A model generated the notes under the pieces. That model saw nothing but the letters and a program-made list of their open reading frames with translations, made no database searches and was not told where the DNA came from. A stretch of 64,000 nucleotides of DNA from Acidobacteriota bacterium (GTDB lineage Bacteria > Acidobacteriota > UBA6911 > RPQK01 > JADFOI01): assembly GCA_963663035.1 (NCBI GenBank), contig OY760074.1, positions 992,001-1,056,000 of the forward strand, written 5' to 3'. Positions 38,153 to 47,484 of the stretch are shown in pieces. The stretch's first letter is position 1, and every line of letters starts with the position of its first letter. The translations under genes and the position numbers were made by a program.

Positions 38153-38688
38153 AAGAGGCGTTACCCAACCAGATTCTGGCCATTCTCTTTGTGGCGAAAG
38201 AGCCACTGACCCTTTCTGAACTCCAGGAGGTTTATCCCGACACTTCTGTGGAAGAACTCAAGGGGAAGCTGGATAGTCTGGTTTCGAAGTTTAACTCTTT
38301 TCAGCAAGCAGTGGAGATTCGCCAAATTGGGGGTGGTTATAGAATGACGACCCGTCCCCATCATCATGAAAACATCCGAACCTACCTGAAAACAAGACCT
38401 TCCGCTCAACTGTCCCTGGCAGCCCTGGAGACGCTTGCTGTGATCGCCTACAAACAACCTGTGACTCTCCCAGAAATCATGGACATCCGTGGTATCAAAG
38501 GGACTTCCACGATCCATACTCTGCTTGAGAAAAAGCTGATCGAAACGCGGGGGCGAAAGAAGGTGGTGGGGCGGCCGATCATGTATGGAACCACCAAGCA
38601 ATTTATCGTTCACTTTGGCCTCAACGATCTCTCCGAGCTGCCAACTTTAGAAGAATTCCAAGAGATTCTCTCCCAGTCCACTGGTTGA
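38146..38688 (+). CDS. scpB: SMC-Scp complex subunit ScpB
   Basis: LS.AALETLAVIAYKQPVT, GRP..YGTT..F..HFGL..LSELP. Confidence 0.95.
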   Translation: MLEEALPNQILAILFVAKEPLTLSELQEVYPDTSVEELKGKLDSLVSKFNSFQQAVEIRQIGGGYRMTTRPHHHENIRTYLKTRPSAQLSLAALETLAVIAYKQPVTLPEIMDIRGIKGTSTIHTLLEKKLIETRGRKKVVGRPIMYGTTKQFIVHFGLNDLSELPTLEEFQEILSQSTG

Positions 38689-38706
38689 GGAGCTCCCGGC
38701 CCTGCC

Positions 38707-39441
38707 ATGCAAGAGCGGCTTCAGAAGATTGTGGCAGCTGCGGGAATCGCTTCGCGGCGCAAGGCGGAGGAGCTCATCCGGAAGGGCCGCGTTTCCGTCA
38801 ACGACCAAACAGTCACCCAGTTAGGGACCAAGGTTGATCCTCAGAAGGATCGCATCAAGGTGGATGGCCGACCCATTCGGGCGGAGCCCCTGGAATATTT
38901 TATGGTCAACAAACCGCAGGGTGTCCTGAGTGCCGTATCCGATCCCTCCAAACGTCCCCTGGTGACGGACCTGGTGCGCTCGCGAAGGAGACTGTATCCG
39001 GTGGGGAGACTCGACTTTCAAAGCGAAGGCTTGATGATTCTCACCAATGATGGCGCACTGACCCGTAAAATCACCCGGGCGGGAACGATGGAAAAGATCT
39101 ATAAGGTCAAGGTGCGTGGCCAACCCGCCCAGAAGCAGCTGGACTGGCTTTGTGGCGGCATTACGGTCGAGGGGGAAAAGTTTTCCAGATGCAAGATTGC
39201 CGAGTTGAAAAAAGCACGAAACTGCTGGTTCACGGTGGTGCTTCGAGAGGGGAAAAATCGTCAGATTCGGCGTATGTTCGAGCACATTGGTCATCCCGTG
39301 ATGCGTGTTCGCCGGATGGCCATTGGAGGGGTGACTCTGGGAGATCTGAAACCGGGTGCCTCCCGGAAGCTGACCTCCAGGGAGGTGCAATTGTTGCAGG
39401 GCGAAAAAAAACAAGGGCAAGAAAGTAGAAAATCAGGATAA
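38707..39441 (+). CDS. rluB: rRNA pseudouridine synthase (RluB-like)
   Basis: S4 domain ERLQK..A.AG.ASRRKAE, VGRLDFQSEGL, EGKNRQIRRM; follows scpAB. Confidence 0.85.
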   Translation: MQERLQKIVAAAGIASRRKAEELIRKGRVSVNDQTVTQLGTKVDPQKDRIKVDGRPIRAEPLEYFMVNKPQGVLSAVSDPSKRPLVTDLVRSRRRLYPVGRLDFQSEGLMILTNDGALTRKITRAGTMEKIYKVKVRGQPAQKQLDWLCGGITVEGEKFSRCKIAELKKARNCWFTVVLREGKNRQIRRMFEHIGHPVMRVRRMAIGGVTLGDLKPGASRKLTSREVQLLQGEKKQGQESRKSG

Positions 39442-39451
39442 TAGAAGGAAG

Positions 39452-40672
39452 ATGTTTACTGGAATTGTTCAAGAGACGGGCGAAATTCTCTCTGAGGAGC
39501 ACAGTGCCGATGGAGCCACTTTTGAAATTGGAGGTGTGCAGCTCCTGGGAGATCTCAAGCGAGGGGATAGTATCAGTGTGGATGGTGTCTGTCTGACGGT
39601 GTCAAAGAAGAAAAAGGGAGCGATCACGGTAGAACTGACTCCCGAGACGCTCAAGTGCACCAATCTGGGAGAGCGCCGTGCGGGCGATTCTGTCAATCTT
39701 GAGCCTTCCGCCAGACTATCGGACTTTCTGGGAGGCCACCTGGTGCAGGGTCACGTGGACCAAACAGGTGAGGTTCTGGCCATAACAGAGGTGGGAAACT
39801 CCAAGGTCTTTCAAATTGCCGCTCCCGAAGAGGTCCTGCGCTACTGCACTCTGAAAGGAAGCGCCACCGTTAACGGTGTGAGCCTGACCCTCTCGGCGTT
39901 GGATTCCAAGAGCTTCGAAGTCACCATTATTCCCCACACCATGGAGGTTACGAATTTTCAGGAGTTAAAGGTCGGAGATCGAGTCAATCTGGAAGCGGAC
40001 GTGGTGAGTAAATATGTGGAATCCCACGTGAGCAAATACCTGGATTCCCATGTGCAGCGTCGTCTGGGGTTGCTGGCGGGTGTGGCGCTGCTCAGTTCAA
40101 GTCTGCTCTTTGGAGGCGATTTTGCTCTGGCACCCAACTCGGTCCTGGTTTATCAGAACCAGAACAGCCGGGGAGGGGAGACCCAATTTGTGATTCGAGT
40201 GGCACGTTTCCAGCCCGACATCGTTCTGGAGTGGGAGTCCACAAGCGATCAAGGCACCCTTCACCTCTTTCAAAGCGCTGTGGAAGAGGCAAGAAATTTC
40301 ACTTTCACCTCGCTCTTTGAGGTGGGTGTCGAAATGGAATCGTCCGATACGATGACATACTGGCTGTCCGAGAGGATGTACCAGGAACTCACGGAAGATG
40401 GCGAGACCCAGGTTCAGGTCAATAACTCGCCTGTGAAACTAAAGGTGAAAGGTGAGGAAACCTATCGTCTGACGGTCAATAAGGAGGTCCAGGAGATCCC
40501 GACCCTCTCGATTGAAGATGACCGAGGGGGCACCTGGTTCTTCCATAAGGATCGCGAAAACCCACTTCTCCTGGCCTATGTCACTCCCTATTTCCATCAA
40601 CGCTTGACCGTTGTCTCGACTGCTCCTACCAACACCCTGCGCTGGATGAGACAGGTACCTCCCGTAAAGTAG
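39452..40672 (+). CDS. ribE: Riboflavin synthase fused to a ~205-aa extra hydrophobic-leader domain
   Basis: MFTGIV, DSISVDGVCLT, GGHLVQGHVD, VNLEAD; the ORF runs ~200 aa past the usual end. Confidence 0.88.
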   Translation: MFTGIVQETGEILSEEHSADGATFEIGGVQLLGDLKRGDSISVDGVCLTVSKKKKGAITVELTPETLKCTNLGERRAGDSVNLEPSARLSDFLGGHLVQGHVDQTGEVLAITEVGNSKVFQIAAPEEVLRYCTLKGSATVNGVSLTLSALDSKSFEVTIIPHTMEVTNFQELKVGDRVNLEADVVSKYVESHVSKYLDSHVQRRLGLLAGVALLSSSLLFGGDFALAPNSVLVYQNQNSRGGETQFVIRVARFQPDIVLEWESTSDQGTLHLFQSAVEEARNFTFTSLFEVGVEMESSDTMTYWLSERMYQELTEDGETQVQVNNSPVKLKVKGEETYRLTVNKEVQEIPTLSIEDDRGGTWFFHKDRENPLLLAYVTPYFHQRLTVVSTAPTNTLRWMRQVPPVK

Positions 40673-40764
40673 AAAGACCGGGCAGTGGCCTTATCTCTGT
40701 GGCGTGGCGGGAAATTCCGCTATAATGAGGTTTTAATCAGCAAAGGAGAGTTTCTGTTAGCGGC

Positions 40765-41904
40765 ATGTCTTTGGACAAAGTAGAGGACGCCATCCAGGAT
40801 TTTCGTGACGGAAAGATGGTGATCGTCATCGACGAAGAGGATCGTGAGAACGAAGGGGATCTGACCGTGGCTGCGGAGATGGTGACTCCTGAGGTCATCA
40901 ACTTCATGGCCAAATATGGTCGGGGTTTGATCTGCATGCCCATGACGGGAGAGCGGCTGAATGAGCTGGATATTCCCCTGATGGTGTCCAAGAACGAATC
41001 GACCCATGGAACTGCCTTTTGTGTCAGCATTGAGGCGCGTCGGAACGTTTCTACCGGTATTTCCGCCGCTGACCGAGCTATCACCGTTCAAACAGCTGTC
41101 GATCCCAAATCCCGCCCTGGGGATTTGATTCGGCCCGGGCATATTTTCCCACTGCGGGCGCGCCGGGGTGGAGTCTTGAAGCGAGCTGGACAAACAGAGG
41201 CCGCGGTGGATCTGGCTCGCATAGCGGGGCTGACACCAGCCGGGGTCATCTGCGAGATCATGAACGAAGATGGAACCATGTCGCGGCTTCCGGATTTGCA
41301 GGAATTTGGCACAAAGCATGGCCTCAAGATCATCTCGGTTGTCGATTTGATTCAGTTTCGTCTCAAGACCGAAAAGTTTGTCAAGCGTCTCCAGCAGATG
41401 CCTTTCAGCTCGGAGTTTGGGCAGTTTGAGCTCTTTCTTTTTGAGAATGAATTGGAGGGCGATCTCCATCTGGCATTGGTGAAGGGAGATGTGAAGGGCA
41501 AGGAACCTGTCCTGGTGCGCGTGCAAAGCGAATCGGTGCTGGGAGATGTGTTCTTAAGCCTGGCGAGCGACAGTGGGAGGGAGTTGAGACGCTCCTTTGA
41601 ACTGATTCAGGAGGCGGGGCGAGGTGTACTGGTTTACCTGCGCCTGCGAGGCGAGAAGAGACCGCTGCTGGGGGAAGTGAAACAGCATCTGGCGCAGTCC
41701 GAACAGGCCGAGAGGCAACTTGACCAGCGGAGTCCGGTCGACTTCAGAGACTACGGGATTGGGGCACAGATTCTTTCCGATCTAGGTCTCCATGAGATCC
41801 GGCTCTTAACCAATCACCCCAAGAAGATGGTGGGATTGGAAGGGTTCGACCTCAATGTTGTCGAACAACTTCCCATCGAAGTTACTGAGTTCTTGAGCAC
41901 TTAG
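40765..41904 (+). CDS. ribB: DHBP synthase fused to a degenerate GTP cyclohydrolase II domain (RibBX-like)
   Basis: [30 protein letters not shown]; the GCHII half lacks the Zn-binding Cys residues. Confidence 0.9.
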   Translation: MSLDKVEDAIQDFRDGKMVIVIDEEDRENEGDLTVAAEMVTPEVINFMAKYGRGLICMPMTGERLNELDIPLMVSKNESTHGTAFCVSIEARRNVSTGISAADRAITVQTAVDPKSRPGDLIRPGHIFPLRARRGGVLKRAGQTEAAVDLARIAGLTPAGVICEIMNEDGTMSRLPDLQEFGTKHGLKIISVVDLIQFRLKTEKFVKRLQQMPFSSEFGQFELFLFENELEGDLHLALVKGDVKGKEPVLVRVQSESVLGDVFLSLASDSGRELRRSFELIQEAGRGVLVYLRLRGEKRPLLGEVKQHLAQSEQAERQLDQRSPVDFRDYGIGAQILSDLGLHEIRLLTNHPKKMVGLEGFDLNVVEQLPIEVTEFLST

Positions 41905-42164
41905 CCCGCATTTCTCGCACCAGGTCGTCGCGAAGCGGCAGAAGGGCCGGAAAACAGAGCCGTGGGCTTTAGCCCACGGGCCCGCAGGCTAAAGCCTGCG
42001 GCTCCGACTGGCGCGCGAGGGGTACCCGCTTGCGGGTCGACCCCCGCAAACGTACTCTTGAGTACGTTGAGGAGGCTGAGGGGTACCCGCTTGCGGGTCG
42101 CGCAACACTGTCAGGTCGGATCATTGCGTCGATGTAGTAGAGCGGATGTGAGAAGTGCGGGCTA
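41902..42164. mobile_element. MITE-like element, family B, with internal insertion/duplication
   Basis: Same ends as 20099; the core GAGGGGTACCCGCTTGCGGGTCG occurs twice around an extra hairpin; begins at the ribB TAG. Confidence 0.85.
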
Positions 42165-42166
42165 AC

Positions 42167-43180
42167 TTAGCCCTTCTCTGCCTGGTATCCGTCCCGGTGC
42201 TGAACTTTCAGATTCTTGTCCGGTTTCCCGTCACCGTCTACGTCTGCCACAACCTCCACCTTGATTTTCCGAAATTTCCCGTCCTTTTTGGTGTTGGTGG
42301 AGACATAACCCAGAGAGTACTGGTTCCTGAGCAACCTTGAAATGGTCTCGAAGATTGCCCGGTATTGCGGCTCGAAGCGAGGGAAAAAGGCCATACCACC
42401 CGTGTGTTTGGCGAAGGCCTTGAGGACGGCATCGGCCTGGAAGAGATCCATCCGCGTCGTATTGCTGTAGTACCGATCGTCAGTGACGCGTGAAGATCCA
42501 CCCAGACTGATGGGGTAGATGACGGCGTTGGATTCTTTGACCTTATCCAGGATGTCGTCGAGATTAATCTTACTGAAGGTGTCCAGTCCAGAGGACACCA
42601 GGACCACGGCGGCTTTACTTTCCAGGTCTTCCACCCCATCGAGTACTTCGTAAAGGGCGTCGTAGAGATTACTCTCCCTAAAGGCCGGATAGTTCAGTCT
42701 GCGAAGAGAATTGAAGACTTCATTCTTGTTGTGCGTGAAATCAACCAGAATCTCGGACCGAATGTCGTAGGCAACTACCGCAATCCAGTCCTCCGGCCGC
42801 ATCTGGGCCACGAAGTAATTGGAGGCCTGATAGGCTTCATAGAGCCATTGCCAGGGAATGACACTGCTGAACTCTACCAGGAGGACGGCTGTGATGGGCG
42901 CTTCAATGGGAGTGAAAAAGGAGATGTCCTGCTCGACTTTTTCTTCGAAGACTTTGAAGTGTTCCCTCCCCAGCCCCTGGATCAGATTCCCATCCTTGTC
43001 CTGAACCGTCACGTCAACTTTGATTTGGTTGACGGCAACTCTCAGGGAGGCCCGGCCCTGGGGTTTCTCCTCCTGTTCCTCAATGGGCTGTTCCCTTTCC
43101 TGTGCTTGAACAGCATTGGGTAAGACACCCCAGGTCAAGAGAGAGACAGCCACGATTAACGCGCAAAATAGTCTTTTCAT
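42167..43180 (-). CDS. VWA domain protein (acidobacterial type), degenerate MIDAS
   Basis: VDVTVQDKDG..I.GL, NLYDAL, LRNQYSLGY.STN...DGKFRKI; EFSSV in place of DxSxS. Confidence 0.88.
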   Translation of the reverse strand: MKRLFCALIVAVSLLTWGVLPNAVQAQEREQPIEEQEEKPQGRASLRVAVNQIKVDVTVQDKDGNLIQGLGREHFKVFEEKVEQDISFFTPIEAPITAVLLVEFSSVIPWQWLYEAYQASNYFVAQMRPEDWIAVVAYDIRSEILVDFTHNKNEVFNSLRRLNYPAFRESNLYDALYEVLDGVEDLESKAAVVLVSSGLDTFSKINLDDILDKVKESNAVIYPISLGGSSRVTDDRYYSNTTRMDLFQADAVLKAFAKHTGGMAFFPRFEPQYRAIFETISRLLRNQYSLGYVSTNTKKDGKFRKIKVEVVADVDGDGKPDKNLKVQHRDGYQAEKG

Positions 43181-43419
43181 GGTCGAGATCCTCACAGTTC
43201 TTCTACCAGTATACTCCGTTTTCGAGAACGAATCACTCGCCCCGATGATTCATAAATTTTTGCCGCTGCGGAAGCAGCCTTTCTGAATTTGGTGATGCAT
43301 ATGAGTGGCAAAAGTTCTGCACCCAGTGTGTGAGACGAAACACCGGAGGGTGACGAATCTTCAGACAAGTGCAGGTCACTGCCTGCTGAAGTTTGTGATT
43401 TCCAGGAGAGAGACCTCCG

Positions 43420-43611
43420 GAGCCCCGAAGGGGCGCCAGGAAATAGCCAGGGGTGTAAACCCCTGGTCATCGAGCAGGTTTGGCGAGGAGCCCTGTAAGG
43501 GCGGCACTCCGAAGTCTTTTTTTCTGTGCCGCCCTTTCAGGGCTCTGATCTGCTACTCCATCCTACCCAGGGCTACGCCCTGGGCTATTTCCTGTCGCCC
43601 CTTCGGGGCTC
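43420..43611. repeat. Long nested palindrome (REPIN-like), family C
   Basis: AGCCCCGAAGGGGCG...AGGAAATAGCC / GGCTATTTCCTGTCGCCCCTTCGGGGCT with an inner GAGCCCTG.AAGGGCGGCAC pair. Confidence 0.85.
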
Positions 43612-44948
43612 AAGAGCACCGTTCCTTCGAGCTCGCGGCCGATCAGGACGAAGTGAAAATCCATCACGTTGGTCAGGGTTGGGCCGGTCATGATCAGATC
43701 ACCCAATGGAGCGAAAAAGTGATAGGAATCATTGCGGTCCAGATAGTCCTGAATCGACAGGCCCTTTGCTCTTGCCAGCTGGGCGGTTGCGGGTGAAGCG
43801 ACAGCGCCGGCTGCGTCTGTGGGCCCGTCAGTTCCATCCGATCCCAGACTGGCGAATAACACATCCGTATGGCTCCAATCGGCAATCTCGCGGGCGCACC
43901 AGAGAGCAAACTCCTGATTTCTTCCTCCTTTTCCCGTTCCACTGATGCGCACAGTCGTTTCACCGCCCGAGATGATACAGCAAGGGGGGGCAATGGGATG
44001 CCCGCTACCCAGCACCTCGCGTGCTACGGCCACGTGCAGCAGGGCCACATCTGCCGTATTACCGGTCATGGAGGAAGAGAGGATCAGCGGCGAAAAGCCG
44101 AGTGCTCTGGCTTGCTCAGCTGCCGCCTGGAGAGCCTGAGTATTACATCCGACAATGGCATTTTGCACCTTCTCAAGGCGAGGATCGCCCGGTTTGGGCG
44201 TCTCCTCTTCACCCGAGCGGAGATACTTGAGCACGGAGGCCGGGACTTTTTCTTCAATCCCCTGTCTGTGAAGAATTTCCACACACTGCTGGAAGGTTGT
44301 GGGATCCGCACTGGTGAGACCAGAAGCGATGCTGGCCGGATCATCGCCTACCACATCTGAGAGCAAAAGAGTCATCACTTCGGCACCCTGAGTGTAGTCC
44401 AGCAACCGTCCTCCTTTGATCCTGCTGAGATGCTTACGGATGGCGTTGATCTCCTGAATGGTGGCTTCGCTTTTGAGCAACAGGCTTGTGGTGGCTTGTT
44501 TTTCCTCAAAGGTGATGGCCGAAACCGGTGCAGGAAGCAGTGCCGATCCTCCTCCTGAGATGACGACGATCAGGAGATCCTTCTCATGCAGATTTTCGCG
44601 GAGAAAGGTTAAAAGATGTTGGGTCGATTGGTATCCTCCCTCATCCGGCTCAGGGTGGCCTCCTTCCAGGACGGTGGTCTTCTGGAGTTTCCCGCTGTGC
44701 CCGTACTTGACGACGACCAGTCCCATCTCCAGCTTTTCTCCCAGGACCCCTTCCACCGCACGAGCCATGGGAACCCCTGCTTTACCGGCGCCCACCAGGA
44801 ACACTCGTCGATCGGCAAGAGAGTAGGTTCGATCGGCCACGAGCAGCCGGTCATCTTCTCGATTGAGGAGCCGTGACACCGCTTTCTCCGGCTCCACGGC
44901 CTCGAGAGCACTGCGCTGGATCTGTTCCAGAGCCGATCGAAGTTCCAT
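43563..44948 (-). CDS. Glycerate kinase (MOFRL/TtuD family)
   Basis: GAGKA, ISGGGSAL, RKHLS.IKGG, SDVVGDD, GGETTV, GGRNQE, SDGTDG, TGPT.TNV.D. Confidence 0.93.
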   Translation of the reverse strand: MELRSALEQIQRSALEAVEPEKAVSRLLNREDDRLLVADRTYSLADRRVFLVGAGKAGVPMARAVEGVLGEKLEMGLVVVKYGHSGKLQKTTVLEGGHPEPDEGGYQSTQHLLTFLRENLHEKDLLIVVISGGGSALLPAPVSAITFEEKQATTSLLLKSEATIQEINAIRKHLSRIKGGRLLDYTQGAEVMTLLLSDVVGDDPASIASGLTSADPTTFQQCVEILHRQGIEEKVPASVLKYLRSGEEETPKPGDPRLEKVQNAIVGCNTQALQAAAEQARALGFSPLILSSSMTGNTADVALLHVAVAREVLGSGHPIAPPCCIISGGETTVRISGTGKGGRNQEFALWCAREIADWSHTDVLFASLGSDGTDGPTDAAGAVASPATAQLARAKGLSIQDYLDRNDSYHFFAPLGDLIMTGPTLTNVMDFHFVLIGRELEGTVLLSPEGATGNSPGRSPG

Positions 44949-45027
44949 GGGACCATTATAGAGTTCCAGGCAGGAGCAAAGCACGGTTTTCTTGTCGGGT
45001 ACGGCTTCAAATGCTAAACTTCAAGCC

Positions 45028-46290
45028 ATGAGCGACTTCCATCAAGCAGGCATGATCAGTACCCTTCATCGATTGGGAAACGCCGATCCGGAGAGTCTGG
45101 AAGCAGAGCTTCTCGAGCATGTTAAGACCCGTCCCATCGCGCTGGTGCTGCCTTGCCTATACTCAGAACTGGAGGGGGAGGCGGTCCCTATCATCGTGGA
45201 AGAGCTCAAGAAGGTGGAGTATATCGATCAGATCGTCCTGAGCATGGATCGGATGGACCTGGAGGAGTTCAAAAATGCTGCTTCGTTCTTCTCAAAAGTA
45301 CCTCAGCATTTGCGGATTCTCTGGCACGATGGGCCCCATCTCCAGCGGCTCATCGAGGAGCTGGATGACAACGACTTGTCGGTAGGTGGGCGGGGAAAGG
45401 GACGGGGCAGTTGGCTGGCCTTCGGTTATGTGCTGGCCACTCAAAGGGCAGCGGTCATTGCCTTGCATGACTGTGACATCGTTTCCTACGAGCGGGACCT
45501 GTTGGCTCGACTCTGTTATCCCCTTGCCAATAAGAGCATGGGCTATGAATTCTGCAAGGGATACTACTCCCGCTATGGAAGGCGTCTTTACGGACGAGTG
45601 ACCCGCCTTTTTGTCACTCCACTCCTGGAAGCCTTGACCCAGTTGACAGGGCATGTCCGGATTTTGGACTATCTGGAAAGTTTCCGTTATCCACTGGCGG
45701 GAGAATTCGCTATCACGACCGGACTGGCACGAGCCAACCGAATACCGGGCGACTGGGGTTTAGAGATCGGTACGCTGTGTGAGGTGTATCGGAACTGTTC
45801 CCTCAAGCGCATCTGCCAGGTGGATCTCATAGAAAATTACCAGCACAAGCACCAGGAACTCTCTCACCAGGATCCTGCCAAGGGTTTGATGAAGATGGCG
45901 GTAGATATTGCCGATACCTTGTTCCGAACCCTGGCTACGGAGGGCGTGATCATGAGCGAGGCCTTTTTTCGGACTCTCTCAACCGCCTACCAGCGTTCCG
46001 CCGAGGACATCATTCGGCGCTACAATGACGATGCCGCCATCAATGGATTGGAATTGGATCGTCACTCCGAGAATCTGGCCGTGGGTACCTTTCGAAGGGC
46101 TTTGGAGATCGCCTGCATGAAGTTTGTAGAGGATCCGCACGGAGCCTTGCTCATCCCCAACTGGAACCGGGTTACTTCGGCCCTGCCCGACTTTCTGGAT
46201 CGGCTCTACGAGGCGGTTGAAGAAGACCATCTGATGGTCAGCCGCCAGGAGATAGGAGCCAGGAGTGAGGAGATAGGAGCCAGAAGCTAA
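45028..46290 (+). CDS. Glycosyltransferase, probable glucosyl-3-phosphoglycerate synthase
   Basis: MSDFHQ.G.I.TLH, GKGR..W, HDCDI, FCKGYY.R, GRVTRL, FRYPLAGEF, WGLEIG, YQHKHQ. Confidence 0.8.
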   Translation: MSDFHQAGMISTLHRLGNADPESLEAELLEHVKTRPIALVLPCLYSELEGEAVPIIVEELKKVEYIDQIVLSMDRMDLEEFKNAASFFSKVPQHLRILWHDGPHLQRLIEELDDNDLSVGGRGKGRGSWLAFGYVLATQRAAVIALHDCDIVSYERDLLARLCYPLANKSMGYEFCKGYYSRYGRRLYGRVTRLFVTPLLEALTQLTGHVRILDYLESFRYPLAGEFAITTGLARANRIPGDWGLEIGTLCEVYRNCSLKRICQVDLIENYQHKHQELSHQDPAKGLMKMAVDIADTLFRTLATEGVIMSEAFFRTLSTAYQRSAEDIIRRYNDDAAINGLELDRHSENLAVGTFRRALEIACMKFVEDPHGALLIPNWNRVTSALPDFLDRLYEAVEEDHLMVSRQEIGARSEEIGARS

Positions 46291-46320
46291 AAGAGAGAAT
46301 CCAGCCTCCTACCTCCTTTT
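46244..46320. repeat. Short (C/T)AGGAG-type tandem repeats with a 21-bp duplication in the gene 3' end
   Basis: AGGAGATAGGAGCCAG occurs twice, encoding EIGARS-EEIGARS; a complementary CTCCT tract follows. Confidence 0.65.
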
Positions 46321-46323
46321 CCA

Positions 46324-47448
46324 TCAATTCAGATTCAGATGCACCAGGTCATCTTGTTTGAACAGTTTGGGGAAACGCTTCAGCAGCTGATGGCGAGTTA
46401 TGCCGGCAGTGATTCCCAGGCTGACCGTGACAGCGATAAAGAGCAGAATCATGATCAGAATGGCTCTCACGACTCCCATGAAGGAGCCGACCATTTCCCT
46501 CATGACCCTCTCGGGATCCAGATCCTTCTGGTAGAGCCAGGTGATGGTCGGAATGTACTGGATCCGGGGAAGGATTTCGCGAGCCAAAGGCTCCGGGCCG
46601 AAAAAGATGGCGATCATGAGCCCGGTCCGTTTCATATACACTCCCTGGGGCGAGAAGTAGTCCTCCATCGCGTTCTGCAACCTTACCAGGTAGTCTGCGG
46701 CCACAGCGGTGGTGGGATATCCAATCAGGAAAAGTGCATGGTCATCGGGAGCGTACTGGGCAAAAGTTACCTCAATATCTTTGTCGAATCCCATTTGTGC
46801 CCTCCAACCTTCGGGAAAGTGGCGGTTCAAGGCCAGGCCGGATTCCCCGAGGTAGAAGCGTATCGATTCGAGGATTAATCCTTCTTTGGGAAGGCGGAGC
46901 ACGGTGCCGGGATGAAGGTTGAGCAGAGGAATCGCTTCAACCAGGGTCTGGGCAAGGTTGCCAAGGGTTTCCTTGGAGCTCTGTCCTGGTTCCGGTTCGC
47001 TGAGATGAAGGAAGTAATGACCACGCCAAAGGACGAGGCTCTGGTCGGAGTAATAGTTGTCCACCGGGAGGTTCAACCGTTCCTGAGGAGCGTTTTTCAA
47101 GAAGCTTTGCCAAATGGAAAACATTCCAAAGGCCCCCAGGGCATCTTTCATCTCATAGATCTCTAGTTCCAGGGAAGGCAGTTCAGACGTGCTCTCTGGC
47201 CGGACAGCCCAGCGGGAATAAGAGAGCAGGATGTATTCCTCCAGAAGGATCCCGCTGAAGGGACCGATTCCAACCTGTTCCTCGGGTGGGGTCAGCTCGC
47301 TGAGTTGTTCAAACCGGTATTCGCTCAGCTCGAGCAAATACTTCTGGATGGTGGCTTCTGCCTCTACTGAGGAGGGAGTCAGAAGGGCGCAAAGAACCGT
47401 AAAAAGTAAACTTCTGACAAGGCGCTTCACCCCAATGAAAGACATCAC
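46324..47448 (-). CDS. Membrane-anchored hypothetical protein (DUF6599-like)
   Basis: Signal peptide, LEIYEMKDALGAFGMFS, LWRGHYF, C-terminal TM followed by a LHL end. Confidence 0.65.
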   Translation of the reverse strand: MMSFIGVKRLVRSLLFTVLCALLTPSSVEAEATIQKYLLELSEYRFEQLSELTPPEEQVGIGPFSGILLEEYILLSYSRWAVRPESTSELPSLELEIYEMKDALGAFGMFSIWQSFLKNAPQERLNLPVDNYYSDQSLVLWRGHYFLHLSEPEPGQSSKETLGNLAQTLVEAIPLLNLHPGTVLRLPKEGLILESIRFYLGESGLALNRHFPEGWRAQMGFDKDIEVTFAQYAPDDHALFLIGYPTTAVAADYLVRLQNAMEDYFSPQGVYMKRTGLMIAIFFGPEPLAREILPRIQYIPTITWLYQKDLDPERVMREMVGSFMGVVRAILIMILLFIAVTVSLGITAGITRHQLLKRFPKLFKQDDLVHLNLN

Positions 47449-47484
47449 TGATGGGTATTATATGGCTTCAGCCCGTGGAGATGT

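Noticed and set aside
43200-43420. Structured ncRNA in the intergenic region upstream of the VWA gene
   Set aside because: Only short hairpins are present, with no recognisable Rfam-type motif by eye. An Infernal scan would be needed.
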